Of a stretch of 64,000 bases of DNA, positions 1 to 12,330 are shown piece after piece. The DNA comes from Octopus bimaculoides (taxonomy: Eukaryota): the NCBI RefSeq assembly GCF_001194135.2, contig NC_068992.1, forward strand, positions 4,987,106 through 5,051,105, written 5' to 3'. Both the position numbers and the translations under genes were made by a program. Under the pieces are notes generated by a model, which saw only the letters and a program-made list of their open reading frames with translations, did not search any database and was not told the origin of the DNA. Position 1 is the first letter of the stretch; every line of letters starts with the position of its first letter.

Positions 1-62
<62 letters not shown>

Positions 63-230
63 ATGTGTGTGTGTGTCGATATATATATATACACTCGTAT
101 ATGTACACACATATATGTATACACCCACCCACCCACACAAAGACTCTCACTCACACACGTGTATGTATATGCAAATGCTTGTTTGCATATGTATGTATAT
201 GTCAGTGTTTATATGAATGAATATATTATT
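1..230. repeat. Compound (TA)n/(GT)n/(CA)n microsatellite tract
   Basis: Directly visible dinucleotide runs; the overlapping ORFs are poly-CV/YI artefacts. Confidence 0.95.
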
Positions 231-835
231 ATTTTTTCCACAATAGCCTTAGTGAATCCTGCCACAAATACAAGACTGTGAAACATATACGTTTTATTTT
301 CTCCCACTAAAATGTCTAATTCAATATTCAGAGAACTTGATAGGACGAGGAATGCTCACAGCCTTGTTTCTATTGCGTTCTTATGCATATTGTGACAGTA
401 GCCATTGCTAGTGCGATGCATGTGGATATAAATGTGCGTCAGTGTGTGTGTATGCGTGCCTGCGTATATGCGTATGTGTGGTGGGTATTTGTGTTGTGTA
501 TGTGTGTTTCCTTTTGTCTGTGCGTGTGTGTGCGTATTTGTGCGTGTGTGTAAAACACCATCATCTCCTATATACATTCTTAATTTTGGAAGTCTCTGGT
601 CAGATTACCTGAATGTGTTAACATGAAACTGAAAGTTAAAGCAAGCTTTATTCAACTTTTACAGCCTTACACCTTTTCAGTTAATCATCTATAATTATAA
701 CAGAAATTTTACATGGAGTTTCTTCTGTTTTGTAAGTATTGTAAATCCATCTGTGTCTTCTCCACTCTCTTTTCTGCTTTGCTCTTCAACTTCACCGATT
801 CTTTGTTTGCTTTGGTATTTGTACATCTCTTCTTT

Positions 836-1130
836 CATTCTTTTACCCCTTTTAGTCATTTGGAGTGCGACCATGCTGGATCACCGACGTCATAAGTTTT
901 TTTTGTCGAACGAATAGAACCCCCCGCTCCAAGACTTTTCGTTGTGCCTAGGACCTTTTCTATCAGTCCATTTTCTCCGCACCAATAAGTTACAGAGACC
1001 TAAACACGCCAACACAGGTTGTCAAGTGGTGATGGTAGCCGCCCCCCCCCCCCCAAAAAAAACGACACGGAGGCAAGCACACATAGATCTATACATACGT
1101 ACATACACACATACAGAAACACGCACATAC

Positions 1131-1161
<31 letters not shown>

Positions 1162-1358
1162 TGTATGTATGTGTGTGTGTGTATATATATATATATGCCA
1201 GATGCTTATTTCTGTTTCTGTCAACAAAATCCAATGAGAAACCTTTGGTCAGTCCAAGGCTACAGTAGAATACACTTGCCCAAGATGCTACGCAGTTGGA
1301 CTGAACCTGGAACCATATGGCTGGGAGGCAAGCCTCTTCTCACACAACTCGCCTGTGC
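836..1358 (-). mobile_element. tRNA-derived SINE, family B (CORE-like head, internal microsatellite, 3' tail), diverged near-full copy
   Basis: Reverse complement aligns by eye to the + copy at 39478-39906: head (ccaggttcagtccaactgcgtagcatcttgggcaagtgt), internal (TA)(TG)(TATG) tract, tail (ccagcatggtcgcactccaaatgact). Confidence 0.8.
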
Positions 1359-2568
1359 ATATTTAGTTGATATATGTTCTGCAAAACAATGACTGAGTCT
1401 AATGATGATGCTGGCAACATTGAAGTTAGCAATATTTCAATAGTAATCGATAAAGTGCGGCTGATTAGGCGAATATTGCAGCCTCTGATCCATGTCCTGT
1501 GTTACAAAACTGGGTGATCAATCCTAAATATTCGCGATCCAATTGGTTGAGGCATACTCATTCACATGTAAGAATGTGGTTAACGTAATGAAACGTTTTA
1601 ATATTAGATTTGCTGTAATGGCAGCAGTATATCAGAAGACAGATGGAAAAATTAGTAATGTAATCGTAAAGAAAGCTGAAGAACAACATTGCAAATTGTT
1701 ACAAATTTGTAAACAAATATGTTCACAAATTAATGACGTAAGCAAATGCGCCTGGGAACATGTGTTCTTTAATCAGAAGCCATGTGTTATACGTATCTAT
1801 TTAATCAGAAATATAGCTGTTTGTTCAAAACTTTTGTTATACAACGGAAAGTACAATGATAAGAACAATACGAATAAATTACATATATTTTTCTTAGATA
1901 GCTTCCAAAATTATTGATTCAATATGTCAAAAGTATTTACATAGCAACTGTTTCAACTACAAATTACACATCAGGATTGTAAATGAAACAACGATTACAG
2001 CATTATCACTTTACATCAATCAAATAAACGTTTACATAAATGTCATACGCATGTATACAAGTATATGTTCATGTTTCTCAAAATGAGCTGAACAATTTGT
2101 GTGTTACGAAATTACAACATATTGTTTGAAGCTCAAATCTGTATCAAAATGCCTAAGTGTAATGATAGAACAAACAAAACCTAAGTGAAAAGAGAACAGA
2201 CAACGGTTATGTTTTATACCTGATGTCAAAGTCAATCAGTAAATGCTCACACATTCAAAATTATGCTTCCCATAATCTGACATGTATGGAAAGGCAGCTG
2301 ACTGTTCTCTCTATTGCAGCTTGCACTATGAGGCTAGAAAATGAATGATAGTTGCCCAGGACTGTTCAGTTGAAAGAAAGGGACATCAAACCTCGGCCTC
2401 ATGACAGATGATGAGTGGTCGTTCTGACTATAGAAACAAGCTGCATGACAGTGACAGATTGAAAAAGTCATTGAGAGGAAGAAGTCGGTGACTGATGAGT
2501 AATAATTTATACGTGCCAATCTCTCTCTACATATATAAATACATATACTACATATATATATATATATA

Positions 2569-3339
2569 NNNNNNNNNNNNNNNNNNNNNNNNNNNNNNNN
2601 NNNNNNNNNNNNNNNNNNNNNNNNNNNNNNNNNNNNNNNNNNNNNNNNNNNNNNNNNNNNNNNNNNNNNNNNNNNNNNNNNNNNNNNNNNNNNNNNNNNN
2701 NNNNNNNNNNNNNNNNNNNNNNNNNNNNNNNNNNNNNNNNNNNNNNNNNNNNNNNNNNNNNNNNNNNNNNNNNNNNNNNNNNNNNNNNNNNNNNNNNNNN
2801 NNNNNNNNNNNNNNNNNNNNNNNNNNNNNNNNNNNNNNNNNNNNNNNNNNNNNNNNNNNNNNNNNNNNNNNNNNNNNNNNNNNNNNNNNNNNNNNNNNNN
2901 NNNNNNNNNNNNNNNNNNNNNNNNNNNNNNNNNNNNNNNNNNNNNNNNNNNNNNNNNNNNNNNNNNNNNNNNNNNNNNNNNNNNNNNNNNNNNNNNNNNN
3001 NNNNNNNNNNNNNNNNNNNNNNNNNNNNNNNNNNNNNNNNNNNNNNNNNNNNNNNNNNNNNNNNNNNNNNNNNNNNNNNNNNNNNNNNNNNNNNNNNNNN
3101 NNNNNNNNNNNNNNNNNNNNNNNNNNNNNNNNNNNNNNNNNNNNNNNNNNNNNNNNNNNNNNNNNNNNNNNNNNNNNNNNNNNNNNNNNNNNNNNNNNNN
3201 NNNNNNNNNNNNNNNNNNNNNNNNNNNNNNNNNNNNNNNNNNNNNNNNNNNNNNNNNNNNNNNNNNNNNNNNNNNNNNNNNNNNNNNNNNNNNNNNNNNN
3301 NNNNNNNNNNNNNNNNNNNNNNNNNNNNNNNNNNNNNNN
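2569..3339. other. Assembly gap (N run) flanked by (TA)n and (CT)n
   Basis: N characters in sequence. Confidence 1.
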
Positions 3340-3396
<57 letters not shown>

Positions 3397-3440
3397 CTTT
3401 CTCTCTCCCTCTCTCTCCCCTTTCTCTCTCTCTCAGTCTC
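3340..3440. repeat. (CT)n microsatellite
   Basis: Directly visible. Confidence 0.95.
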
Positions 3441-3831
3441 TATAGTCTTCTATATATCCATGTCGGCTTGGAGGCTTTTTTATGGATGGCAATTGTATGT
3501 TTTTGATTTACTCAATCATTAATGTGGTGCAATACGAATTATAAGCACACACACACAGAATTATTAGTAGCGGGGTGCTATGAAATTTGATGAAACAAAT
3601 GTTACGAAAGATATCACTGGTTCAAATACTATGTCAATGGTATCACTCAAATATATACAATAAGAAATCACATTGACATCTGGATATTAATGTCACTAAA
3701 CTAATGTATTCAACGTATTCTCATATTTGTGATTATAAATATTTTATACATACATGCATGGGCGCACACACACACACATATATACACACGCATACATATA
3801 TGCAATTATATCTGAAACTAGTATAAATGGG

Positions 3832-3889
<58 letters not shown>

Positions 3890-4728
3890 ATAATTACAGG
3901 GGAAAACAGACATCCCATTTTTGTGAGACGTGTATTGACTTCAATAATGGATGGTTTGAGATATTGTTAGTAACGAATTCTTTTGCAGAACAAAAGCATA
4001 CCATGTTTGAACAAACTTCTATTCTGTCAAGACTCACATAGTCCCAATTAACTACTAACGCTCTCTTAGTATAATTTATACATACATTAGAGAAGCATAC
4101 AGGCAACATTTCTGTTGAAATATTCCATAAAAAACATACGTATGGGTTGCAAGGATTATGATTACAGGTTGGTTTATTATATATATTTTAATATTGTTTG
4201 TCAGATAGAACGACTCTATGTTTCATGTATTACAAAAATTATGTGTCGTGTCGACATTTATCTTACGTAAAACTCTTTTATATTTATTATGTCTAAACAT
4301 TATATGATTAAGATATGGCACACAAAATAAATTAAAAAGCAAACATGTCATCGAACATGAATATCTTCATGTATATTTGTATATAATGTACTTGTAAAAT
4401 TTTGAATCTCTTTGCTTTTTACGCGTGTAATGTTTGCTAAATATGTACATGTTGCATGAAAAGTAATATCTTTTTTTATAACATTGCATGTAGACAAGTA
4501 ATATTAAGCGATATCAGTCTGTTAATCCATTACTGACAGCTGCCGTTGATGAAAATGATTAATTCACGACTATTGAAATACAAACAGTGGGGTATAAACA
4601 GCGAAATATCTTGCTTTCTATAGGATTTGCTACTGTTTTGTCGGAAGTGCATAAATATTTCCCTTCCTTATTTTCGGGAAATCAATGCAATTCCTCCAAT
4701 AATTTATTTTGTCTGCCATATCTTAATC

Positions 4729-5558
4729 AGTGAAACAACTAGAGAGATAAGCCAATAAAACTCGGACAATTCAATATGAAGTTACGTTTCTTTTTCTCCC
4801 TGTCTCAGGTACTTGAAATTCTCTTTGTTAGCCATTTCTTTGCTTTATTTTAAATAAGTAAAATTGGAACAAATAAGTTTCTTACACTATTGTATTGTAC
4901 TAAAATATTTGAAATTTGATATGATTTCCATAACCCAGTTATGTTGTCTAATGATCGAAGTTGTCTGAGATTATCGAGTTCAATTAAATGCGCATTGCGT
5001 CTTCCAAGGCAGTTTTAAAAACATTCGTTCTAAGCAGCATTTTCTGCATAGTGCGATGCAAATTATAAGCATATTGGATGTTGTTGAAATACTCAAGTAC
5101 TAAAACTTTATTTCTGGTGACGGTCGGTACGAATGTTATTCCTGTAGCTTATTCAGACACTTATTAGCCGCCAAAGATTTCTCAAAGACGTATGTTATGA
5201 AGAAATTTCCAATAAGTCGGGTTTATTCTATATGTGTCAGAGTAGCCACAATGAATTCCTGTTTTTTGGTAAATGAATTTACCTAAATCGTTTCGCAGAT
5301 TCGTTTTCTCTGTTTGTTTAAATATCTTGCGTATTTCATTTAAAGGCCTCGAAGGCCGATGGCTTGTAATTTCTAGCATTTTTATTTCTGTGGTGTTGTC
5401 AGTATTACTGCATTGAATCATCTTTAGTTGATACAGTTTTACTTGAAGTAGCAATGAAGTGCTTCATAATGGCTTTCTTGTAACTGCTTCTGATATATTT
5501 AAGATACCGGAAATTAGGTTGCCTTTTCATGGTGGCTTATCTCTCTAGTTGTTTCACT
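4729..5558. repeat. Perfect 26-bp inverted repeat pair (AGTGAAACAACTAGAGAGATAAGCCA) about 0.8 kb apart
   Basis: 4729-4754 is the exact reverse complement of 5533-5558; no TSD evident. Confidence 0.9.
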
Positions 5559-5779
5559 TTCATGTTTCTATGGTGTTATTTCAAGACATTATCACATTGT
5601 TGTGGCTTAAAAAATTTTACAGGATTTTATGAATGCTATTTCTAACACTAAAAATTGATATTGATTATATATACTTCATTCATTTTCTCTACGTCCTGTT
5701 TCTTTATTTTCTGCCTTTTCTACCCTGTTGTATTTATTGTCGTTATGACCTTTTCTGTATCGGCTTTATGATGGGTTTA

Positions 5780-6130
5780 AATCATTTCTGAATTGTTCTA
5801 TGATGTAGCTGTTTTATTGTCTTGTCTATTTTCGTTTTTCACTATTCTTTGATTTCAACAATGCTGCTCCTATAATGATTCAATTTTCAATTAGTTTGAG
5901 TGTATTTTGATGCTTCAGCAAATCCAATGTAAAGGTCATCGCATGTTTCCCTCCCTTTAGATTGCACATTCTACCCCGATATATCCACGAAGTTTTAGAA
6001 CTAAGATTTTCTTCTAATTATTGGCCTTTTAGTAGTTTTAAAAAAATTGTTTTGCATATTTCACTTAACTTGTATAAATTGTCGCCATGAGTGTGCTTTG
6101 CTGAGTTTAGGTCTTCCCATTTATGGCTGT
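5780..6130 (-). pseudogene. Decayed Penelope-like GIY-YIG endonuclease remnant
   Basis: Minus translation EENLSSKTSWIYR..C (frameshift) TCDDLYIG..KLNHYRSSI resembles the PLE pattern NLTC.SSNVIY..C..C...YIG..R...HRS; stops and frameshifts present. Confidence 0.5.
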
Positions 6131-7871
6131 GCAATAGATTTTATGACGATTAATGTATAATTCGAGTTTGTCTCAAGTAATATAAAGTCGAAGTATGTTA
6201 ACGAAAAGTAATTTGAAGATACATAATTTAAAACCAAAATTTGAAATTCCGTAAGAACTTTCTTGACAACCTAATAATTCAAAATTGATATAAAATAATA
6301 GATCAAACTAAACCTAATTAATAAGAAACAGTTCTTTTTTTCATTAATTCTCCAGTACATAGTTTTAATGACATATCTCTCGCATACGTGATCTAAACAG
6401 CCTATAGTAATTAAAGATGCACAAAATTGAGATTCAACTAAAAGTAGCTACTGGAATTTCCTGTTTTGCTCAGGCCACATATTAGCTTTCTTATTTCCAT
6501 CATCATGTACTCCATCCTCTTGTTTACATGAATTATTTTTTATTTATAAATGAACGCAAAAAAGAGCAGTAAAAAACGTTGTGAATATATTCCTGATATT
6601 ACAAATCGCCATTTATCGTATTGAGTAGCTTTGAGTAATGAAGAAACGTCAGTATTCCACTTACTTCACTTGCCTATATGCGCGTTGCAGAATAGACTTC
6701 TACACAATAGAAAGAAATTAATTAAGTTCCAAAACTTCTATAAAACCCAATTCCACAGCAGAAACACCTGATCTTGGTTTCAACATCCCATCATTCTACA
6801 ATTTCCGAATGATTTCATTGATTTACTACTTCAATACAATGGCGTTGACTTTATTTCATTCCACCATCAACTTCTGTAGGTTTATCAAATTTGGGTTATA
6901 CTTGAGAATAGTGATAAATGAGAATTTGTTTCTTGTTCTACTTTGTTTTATCGCAATTGTTTTCTTAAGGTGACTTAGGGACTGATGTTAGTGTGTGAAT
7001 ATTTACTTCGGCATGAATTGGGAAGAATCATGATACAAAAGCTCCTATCAGTGATTATTCTGTATTTATGTGAGGAACTACAGTTTTCAGTGCTATTACT
7101 CTTTTCAGTCGGTGAATTTTTTTAAAAAGAGTTTTAGAGATATGAGAATATATAAATGCGCTTCTGCCTCTTAGGTATATGCTATTTTGGGGGCCGTTGC
7201 CTCGTAAGTGTTCCTTAGCATTTATATAGGCTAAAAAAATGGTCTCGCTCCCAGTTTCAATACGAGGTAGTGGTGATTCTCATCGACATCATCATCATGG
7301 CAAAATTGTCATTTCATCACAGTAGTTCCAGTTCAATATAAATACCGAGAAATAGTAATATTTTGAGAAGATAAACAAAAAATAAAGAGGAAGAGGAAAT
7401 TTATAACTAACATTCATTAGCTTTGTGCTGTCCGGCTTCTATAGCTGTGTATTGTTCGCCATTCTGTGAAGTCACGGAAATTTATTACTCCTTCTAAGGC
7501 CCCGGATTTCCATTTTCGTTCTTACCATTACATTTCGGAGATTGTTTGGATTAGGGATTTTTTTTGTGTGTGTAGAAGCACCAACTGATTTGCAGATGGT
7601 GTGCATAATTAATGTTTGAATGTTAACTGCTTTCAGCAAGAACAAATATTTTGCAATTTTTTGTAATTATTTAAAGATGGCTGATTAAGAAGCCATCAAA
7701 ATGTTTGATAAAAGAAGGCGCTACTTGTCAACAAATTTTGGGAACAAGGAAAGAATTAAGAATATCAACATCGGATGACCTAAACGTAATGACGTCATCG
7801 AGGCGAAACATGTTTCGTCTCTTAGCTACGTCAAAACATTAGGTGTCGACAAAGAGAACGACGGCAACAGC

Positions 7872-7947
<76 letters not shown>

Positions 7948-8062
7948 TTCCGATGGATTTTGATCTTATTTGATCTTCCGAACAGGGCTCAACCAGAGAC
8001 CTAAGGCAAGCGTATATTAGATGGAGAGAAACGTCCTCACAATGTGAATGGGTAATGTTAAA
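7948..8062 (-). mobile_element. 5'-truncated R4/Dong-like non-LTR 3' end with (AAT)n tail (type 2)
   Basis: Minus strand reads LPIHIVRTFLSI* (cf. R4/Dong C-terminus ..AHILRR.LSI*), then AGGTCTCTGGTTGAG and an (AAT)n tail; the motif is shared with 8222-8397. Confidence 0.55.
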
Positions 8063-8144
8063 ACAACTGTTTGAATATTATTATCATTATTGTTATTATT
8101 ATTATTATTGTTGTTGTTATTGTTATTGTTGTTATTATTATTAA

Positions 8145-8221
<77 letters not shown>

Positions 8222-8223
<2 letters not shown>

Positions 8224-8397
8224 TTATGTTTGACTTTTGTTTTGCATTTGTACAAGTTGGATCCAAGTCTCACCCAGAGACCTCAAGAGACAAGTTAGAA
8301 GTTCATGTAGGTGTTATGCCTAGGGTACCATATATTTGGATTTGTACAGTTTTGTTCAAGTGAATGTTTAAGAAACCATAAGAAAATTATGTGTTTG
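8222..8397 (-). mobile_element. Retroelement 3' UTR with (AAT)n tail (type 1), probably R4/Dong-like
   Basis: 8222-8293 is identical to 55938-56009; both abut (ATT)n; it contains AGGTCTCTGGGTGAG on the minus strand like the type-2 end. Confidence 0.65.
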
Positions 8398-8398
8398 C

Positions 8399-8480
<82 letters not shown>

Positions 8481-8718
8481 CAGCATCATTATTATTCGAG
8501 AATTTTTATATGGTTAATGAAAACGTCCTAGAGGCAGCTGTTTGCAAATCTGAAAGAAAAACGGAAAAAAATCAAGTAATTTATTAATTCTAAATTCAAC
8601 GATAACTTAGAAGCTGAGGAAAAGAAAAAAATATGATTGTTTGAAGGCAACGGCGTCAATACAAACATTCCAATCTTTAAGGCCGCTGACACTCAACTAT
8701 TAAATATCATAGTTAACT

Positions 8719-8905
8719 CCAAGGCGCCAAATTATCAGTATGTTTAGCGCATCAAACAAAACACTTGGTGGAATTTTTCCGGCTCTTTGCATTCTCACTT
8801 TGTTTTTCATTCTTTCGTGGATGATAAAATCTATATTACTTGAGCACTGGGGCTCATGAAATCGACCAAGCCCCTCAACAAACATTTCCATTCGCCGTGC
8901 CTAAA
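8719..8905 (+). mobile_element. Highly diverged SINE family A copy
   Basis: ttcattctttcgtggatgataaaat...agcactggggctcatgaaatcgac..cccctc matches the body and tail of the copy at 46583-46798. Confidence 0.55.
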
Positions 8906-9669
8906 GTTGAGCGGAAAGCTCATAAGAAGCTGACTACTCTTGTCGTTACTCTTATTGTTCTTACCTTGTTTTTGTTGCAACAACAATGATCGCCGTGAAC
9001 TCGAATCACACCGAAACATATATGCTTTTAAGTTGGTGCTTGTAACCTGTTTGCGTTTAGACGTCTTGTCAAGGCCATTTATCATCGAGTAGACGTTTCA
9101 TAACTGTTCTTCAATCAGCAATTCAAAGCTCAGTTTCTGAGGGGTGAAAGGATAAGATAATGTCCCTGACATATAAGAGCTATCGATTTTTGAGGCTTGC
9201 TATAATAGTTTCTGTTTAGAAACCGGATGTTCTGGGTGGCATAATATTTTATAGTTAAAAGTATTTTGCGGACAACATGGTGCAACACGACTCATCAAAA
9301 GGGTTATCTTCAGTGTACTGCAGAATGTTTTCGCTGCCGAGTAATATTCAATAGTTATAATGAGAACTGGTGCTGCGCATTTCTCACAGGATAGTCTCCC
9401 CTGAGCAATCTACAAGTTAGAGAGGCATCGCTGAGACAAGCTGTAAAGTATTCACGACTGATTGGAGAGATGAGGTCTAACTCTGTGTTTGACTTTCAAG
9501 TAATAACACATTAATGTGACATCTCCAGTATTCGTTTTACAGAAGTGATGTTACTAAAAAGTGCTAAATCTTCAATCTTGAATTCGATTTTCGTGCCTAC
9601 ATTTGTGGATGATCACAGATGCCTCGTAGAACCTAAAAGAACGACTGTGATTGCAAACGGCCGAAATGA

Positions 9670-9745
9670 GAACCAGTTGAGAAGTGTCAATGCAATTGAC
9701 TATGACCTCCCCTAAAATATCAGGTCTTGTGCCTTTAATAGAAAT
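9670..9745 (+). mobile_element. SINE family A 3' tail fragment
   Basis: accagttgag...cctcccctaaaatatcaggtcttgtgcc matches the tail of 46583-46798. Confidence 0.5.
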
Positions 9746-10118
9746 CAATAATGCAAATATTTACGACTTCATGCTTATCGAAAACAGGAAAGAAATAATG
9801 ATAACATTACAACCAATATTTACATATTTATTTTTAACGATTTGTAAAATCGTTAAAAATATTAATCTCTAATATCAAAATTGGGATAGGAAGACAAACA
9901 ATTTCAAATAATATGTTATCATATACTGTGTTGTAATATGTAACAGATCAATATACATATATATACAGGTATATAGTTTTGCAAATGAAAATGGAAAAAT
10001 ATGTGTGAGTGATATTCATTCTACATATACCGAATTCATTTTGAAAATCTCTGATTGCACAAATCGTTATAATCGGTCGAACAATCTCATTTTGGAATAT
10101 GTATATCAATATACGAAG

Positions 10119-10247
10119 CGGCGAATATCAGCATCATTAGAAAACCGGGCAAGATGTTCTGTCATTCCTTCTGCGTCTTTGTTCAGAGTTCCAATGAAGC
10201 TGGCGTCGATATTACATTTTATCCTTTGGGGTCGATAAAATAAGTAA
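10119..10247 (+). mobile_element. Diverged SINE family A, 5' half
   Basis: ccgggcaagatg...cagagttccaa...gtcgat...atcctttggggtcgataaaataagta matches family A. Confidence 0.6.
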
Positions 10248-10274
10248 ACATGTTTCGACCCACTCACTACCAGA

Positions 10275-10393
10275 ACACTGACTCCGAAAAGATGATAGGT
10301 CATGTCGATCTTGGACTGTGAATTCAGAACGCAAAAGCGGGCGGGCAGCTGCTAAGCATTTTGAACAGCGTGCTTAACGGTTCTGCTAATTCA
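10275..10393 (-). mobile_element. Diverged SINE family A, 5' half, inverted relative to 10119-10247
   Basis: ccgaaaagatga...gtcgat...ttcagaacg...gctaagcatttt...gtgcttaacggttctgc is the reverse complement of the family A head. Confidence 0.6.
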
Positions 10394-10419
10394 TCTCCTT
10401 GAGACTAATATAAATATTG

Positions 10420-10610
10420 CATTCAAATTTTGGCACACAGCCAGTAATTTCGGAGCAAGGTATAAGTCGATTATATTCAACTGGTACATATTTGATCCAC
10501 CGAGAATGATGAAAAGTGAAATCGAACTCAGCAGCATTTGAACTGAGAATGTAAAGTCGAAATAAATGCCGCTAAGGTGTTGTAACGATTCTGTCAGTTC
10601 GTCGCTTTGA
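10420..10610 (-). mobile_element. SINE family A, diverged
   Basis: ttcaaattttggcac...caactggtac...atttgaactgagaatgtaaag...aaatgccgctaag...aacgattctgtcagttcgtcgc. Confidence 0.65.
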
Positions 10611-11148
10611 CTAAGATAAATATTGATATACATTTTGCATAAAGCGAAATACTTCAACGACGATGTAATTTTAAGGTATTTAAACACTTGCTAATACATC
10701 TAAACATGTTCCCAAATCTATCATTGCGTGAAAACACTAACAGAAAAAGAATGGAGTTACAGATTAAATGATGTCCGCATACGTGCACATCATACAATAC
10801 ACATAAACATTGCATAACATTAGAATCTTGATAATTCATTTCATTACAGGCGTGTGTATATGAAATTACCTTTGCAATCTCCGTTTTATAATCTTTTCAT
10901 AAACACAAATTATGGTACAATCGAATTTATACAGTGATGGATAAATTCATTTTTGTTACTGATAATTGCTTATTTTCTTCTTCGGATATGTATAGAAAGA
11001 AAATCATATAATATTGTCTTCACTAATTACTTAATTTACCATTCTTATTCACAATAAATCATAAGAAACAACTAATTATTATTATTACTATACATACATT
11101 TTAGCCTACGAGCTTCATAGTGCGTAAACATTACATTTTTTAATCCAG

Positions 11149-11180
<32 letters not shown>

Positions 11181-11231
11181 NNNNNNNNNNNNNNNNNNNN
11201 NNNNNNNNNNNNNNNNNNNNNNNNNNNNNNN
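11181..11231. other. Assembly gap within (TA)n
   Basis: N characters. Confidence 1.
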
Positions 11232-12084
11232 TATATATAACGTTTTAATTACTCACTTTTAATACATTTTATTTACATATATATCCACATTTCCACGAGA
11301 CTTGTATCTAAGAAGAAAATATGCAAAACATTTTTGAGTAAAGGTGATTCAACGTTATTTATATTTGTTTCGTTCATTGGTTTCCAAATTGTAAAGAAAT
11401 CTTAGCATAAACGTAACATGTTGTTAGATGAAAATAAAAGAAATGTTTAAAAAGAAAACACATCGAAGTTTTTCGAAATGACCCTGAATTAGGTTGAATG
11501 AAACTTGGATGTGCTTCAGTTTGAATGAAACTTGGATGTGCTTCTGAATAACAGTTCGCGTGTTGAGTATTTGCGCTGTTTCTTCAGCAATCTCATTTAG
11601 ACACGAAGTGTTTATGTTTTCTGTTTGGCAGACAGATAGCCACGTGCTTATTAGGAGGTCAATTTTATTATCACAACAATTTCGTTTGTTGGAAGTTTGA
11701 TGGTTATTTGCCACGGTTTTTCCTTCCTGCTTTTTTCTCTTCTCTCGGTTTTGTTTTGTTTCAGATGTATGTATATATTCTTTCTTATGTGTGTGAGGCT
11801 TTGAATATCTGAAGATATTGAAGGAGTGTCTGAAAGATGTGTATATATAGATATATTCTCTTTTATGACTGTGAGTTTTTGGTTCTTTATTTGTTTGTTT
11901 ATGGAATAATTTGTAGTTAAGTAAAAGAAAAACGTACTTACGAGTTGGAATATAAACACGGGGTTACAAACATATAAATATAAATGGAACAAAAACCTAA
12001 TAGAAGGCATTAACACGTTCAGATAGATTGAGAATACAAAGGCAGACAAGAGAAACTAAAATTAGAAGGACAGGCAAAAGTAAA

Positions 12085-12330
12085 CGACGGGTCATTCGTG
12101 GCTTTCTTTCATCAGTCAAGTCCTAGAAGTAACGACCATTTCTGGCAGTTACACTTAAGATTGATGTTGTGTTTACGTCCACGTAACCTAGCAGTTCGGT
12201 AAAAGGGACCGATAGAATAAGTACTAGGCTTCTAAAGAATAAGTCCTGGGGTCGATTTTCTCGACTAAATGCGGTGCTCTAGCATGACCGCAGTCAAATG
12301 AATGAAACAAGTAAAAGAATAAAGAGTAAA
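12085..12330 (+). mobile_element. SINE family B, 3' half
   Basis: gtgtttacgtcc..gtaacctagcagttcgg..accgatagaataagtactaggct..aagaataagtcctggggtcgat..gcggtgctctagcatgaccgcagtcaaatga matches 39740-39906. Confidence 0.85.

Larger units (their letters stand above)
7873..8480. repeat. Three (ATT)n tracts (about 7873-7947, 8070-8221, 8398-8480) interleaved with two short retroelement 3' ends
   Basis: Directly visible. Confidence 0.95.

Noticed and set aside
1543-1917. 124-codon ORF, possible hAT-like remnant
   Set aside because: TTG start and no diagnostic motif; length is attainable by chance.
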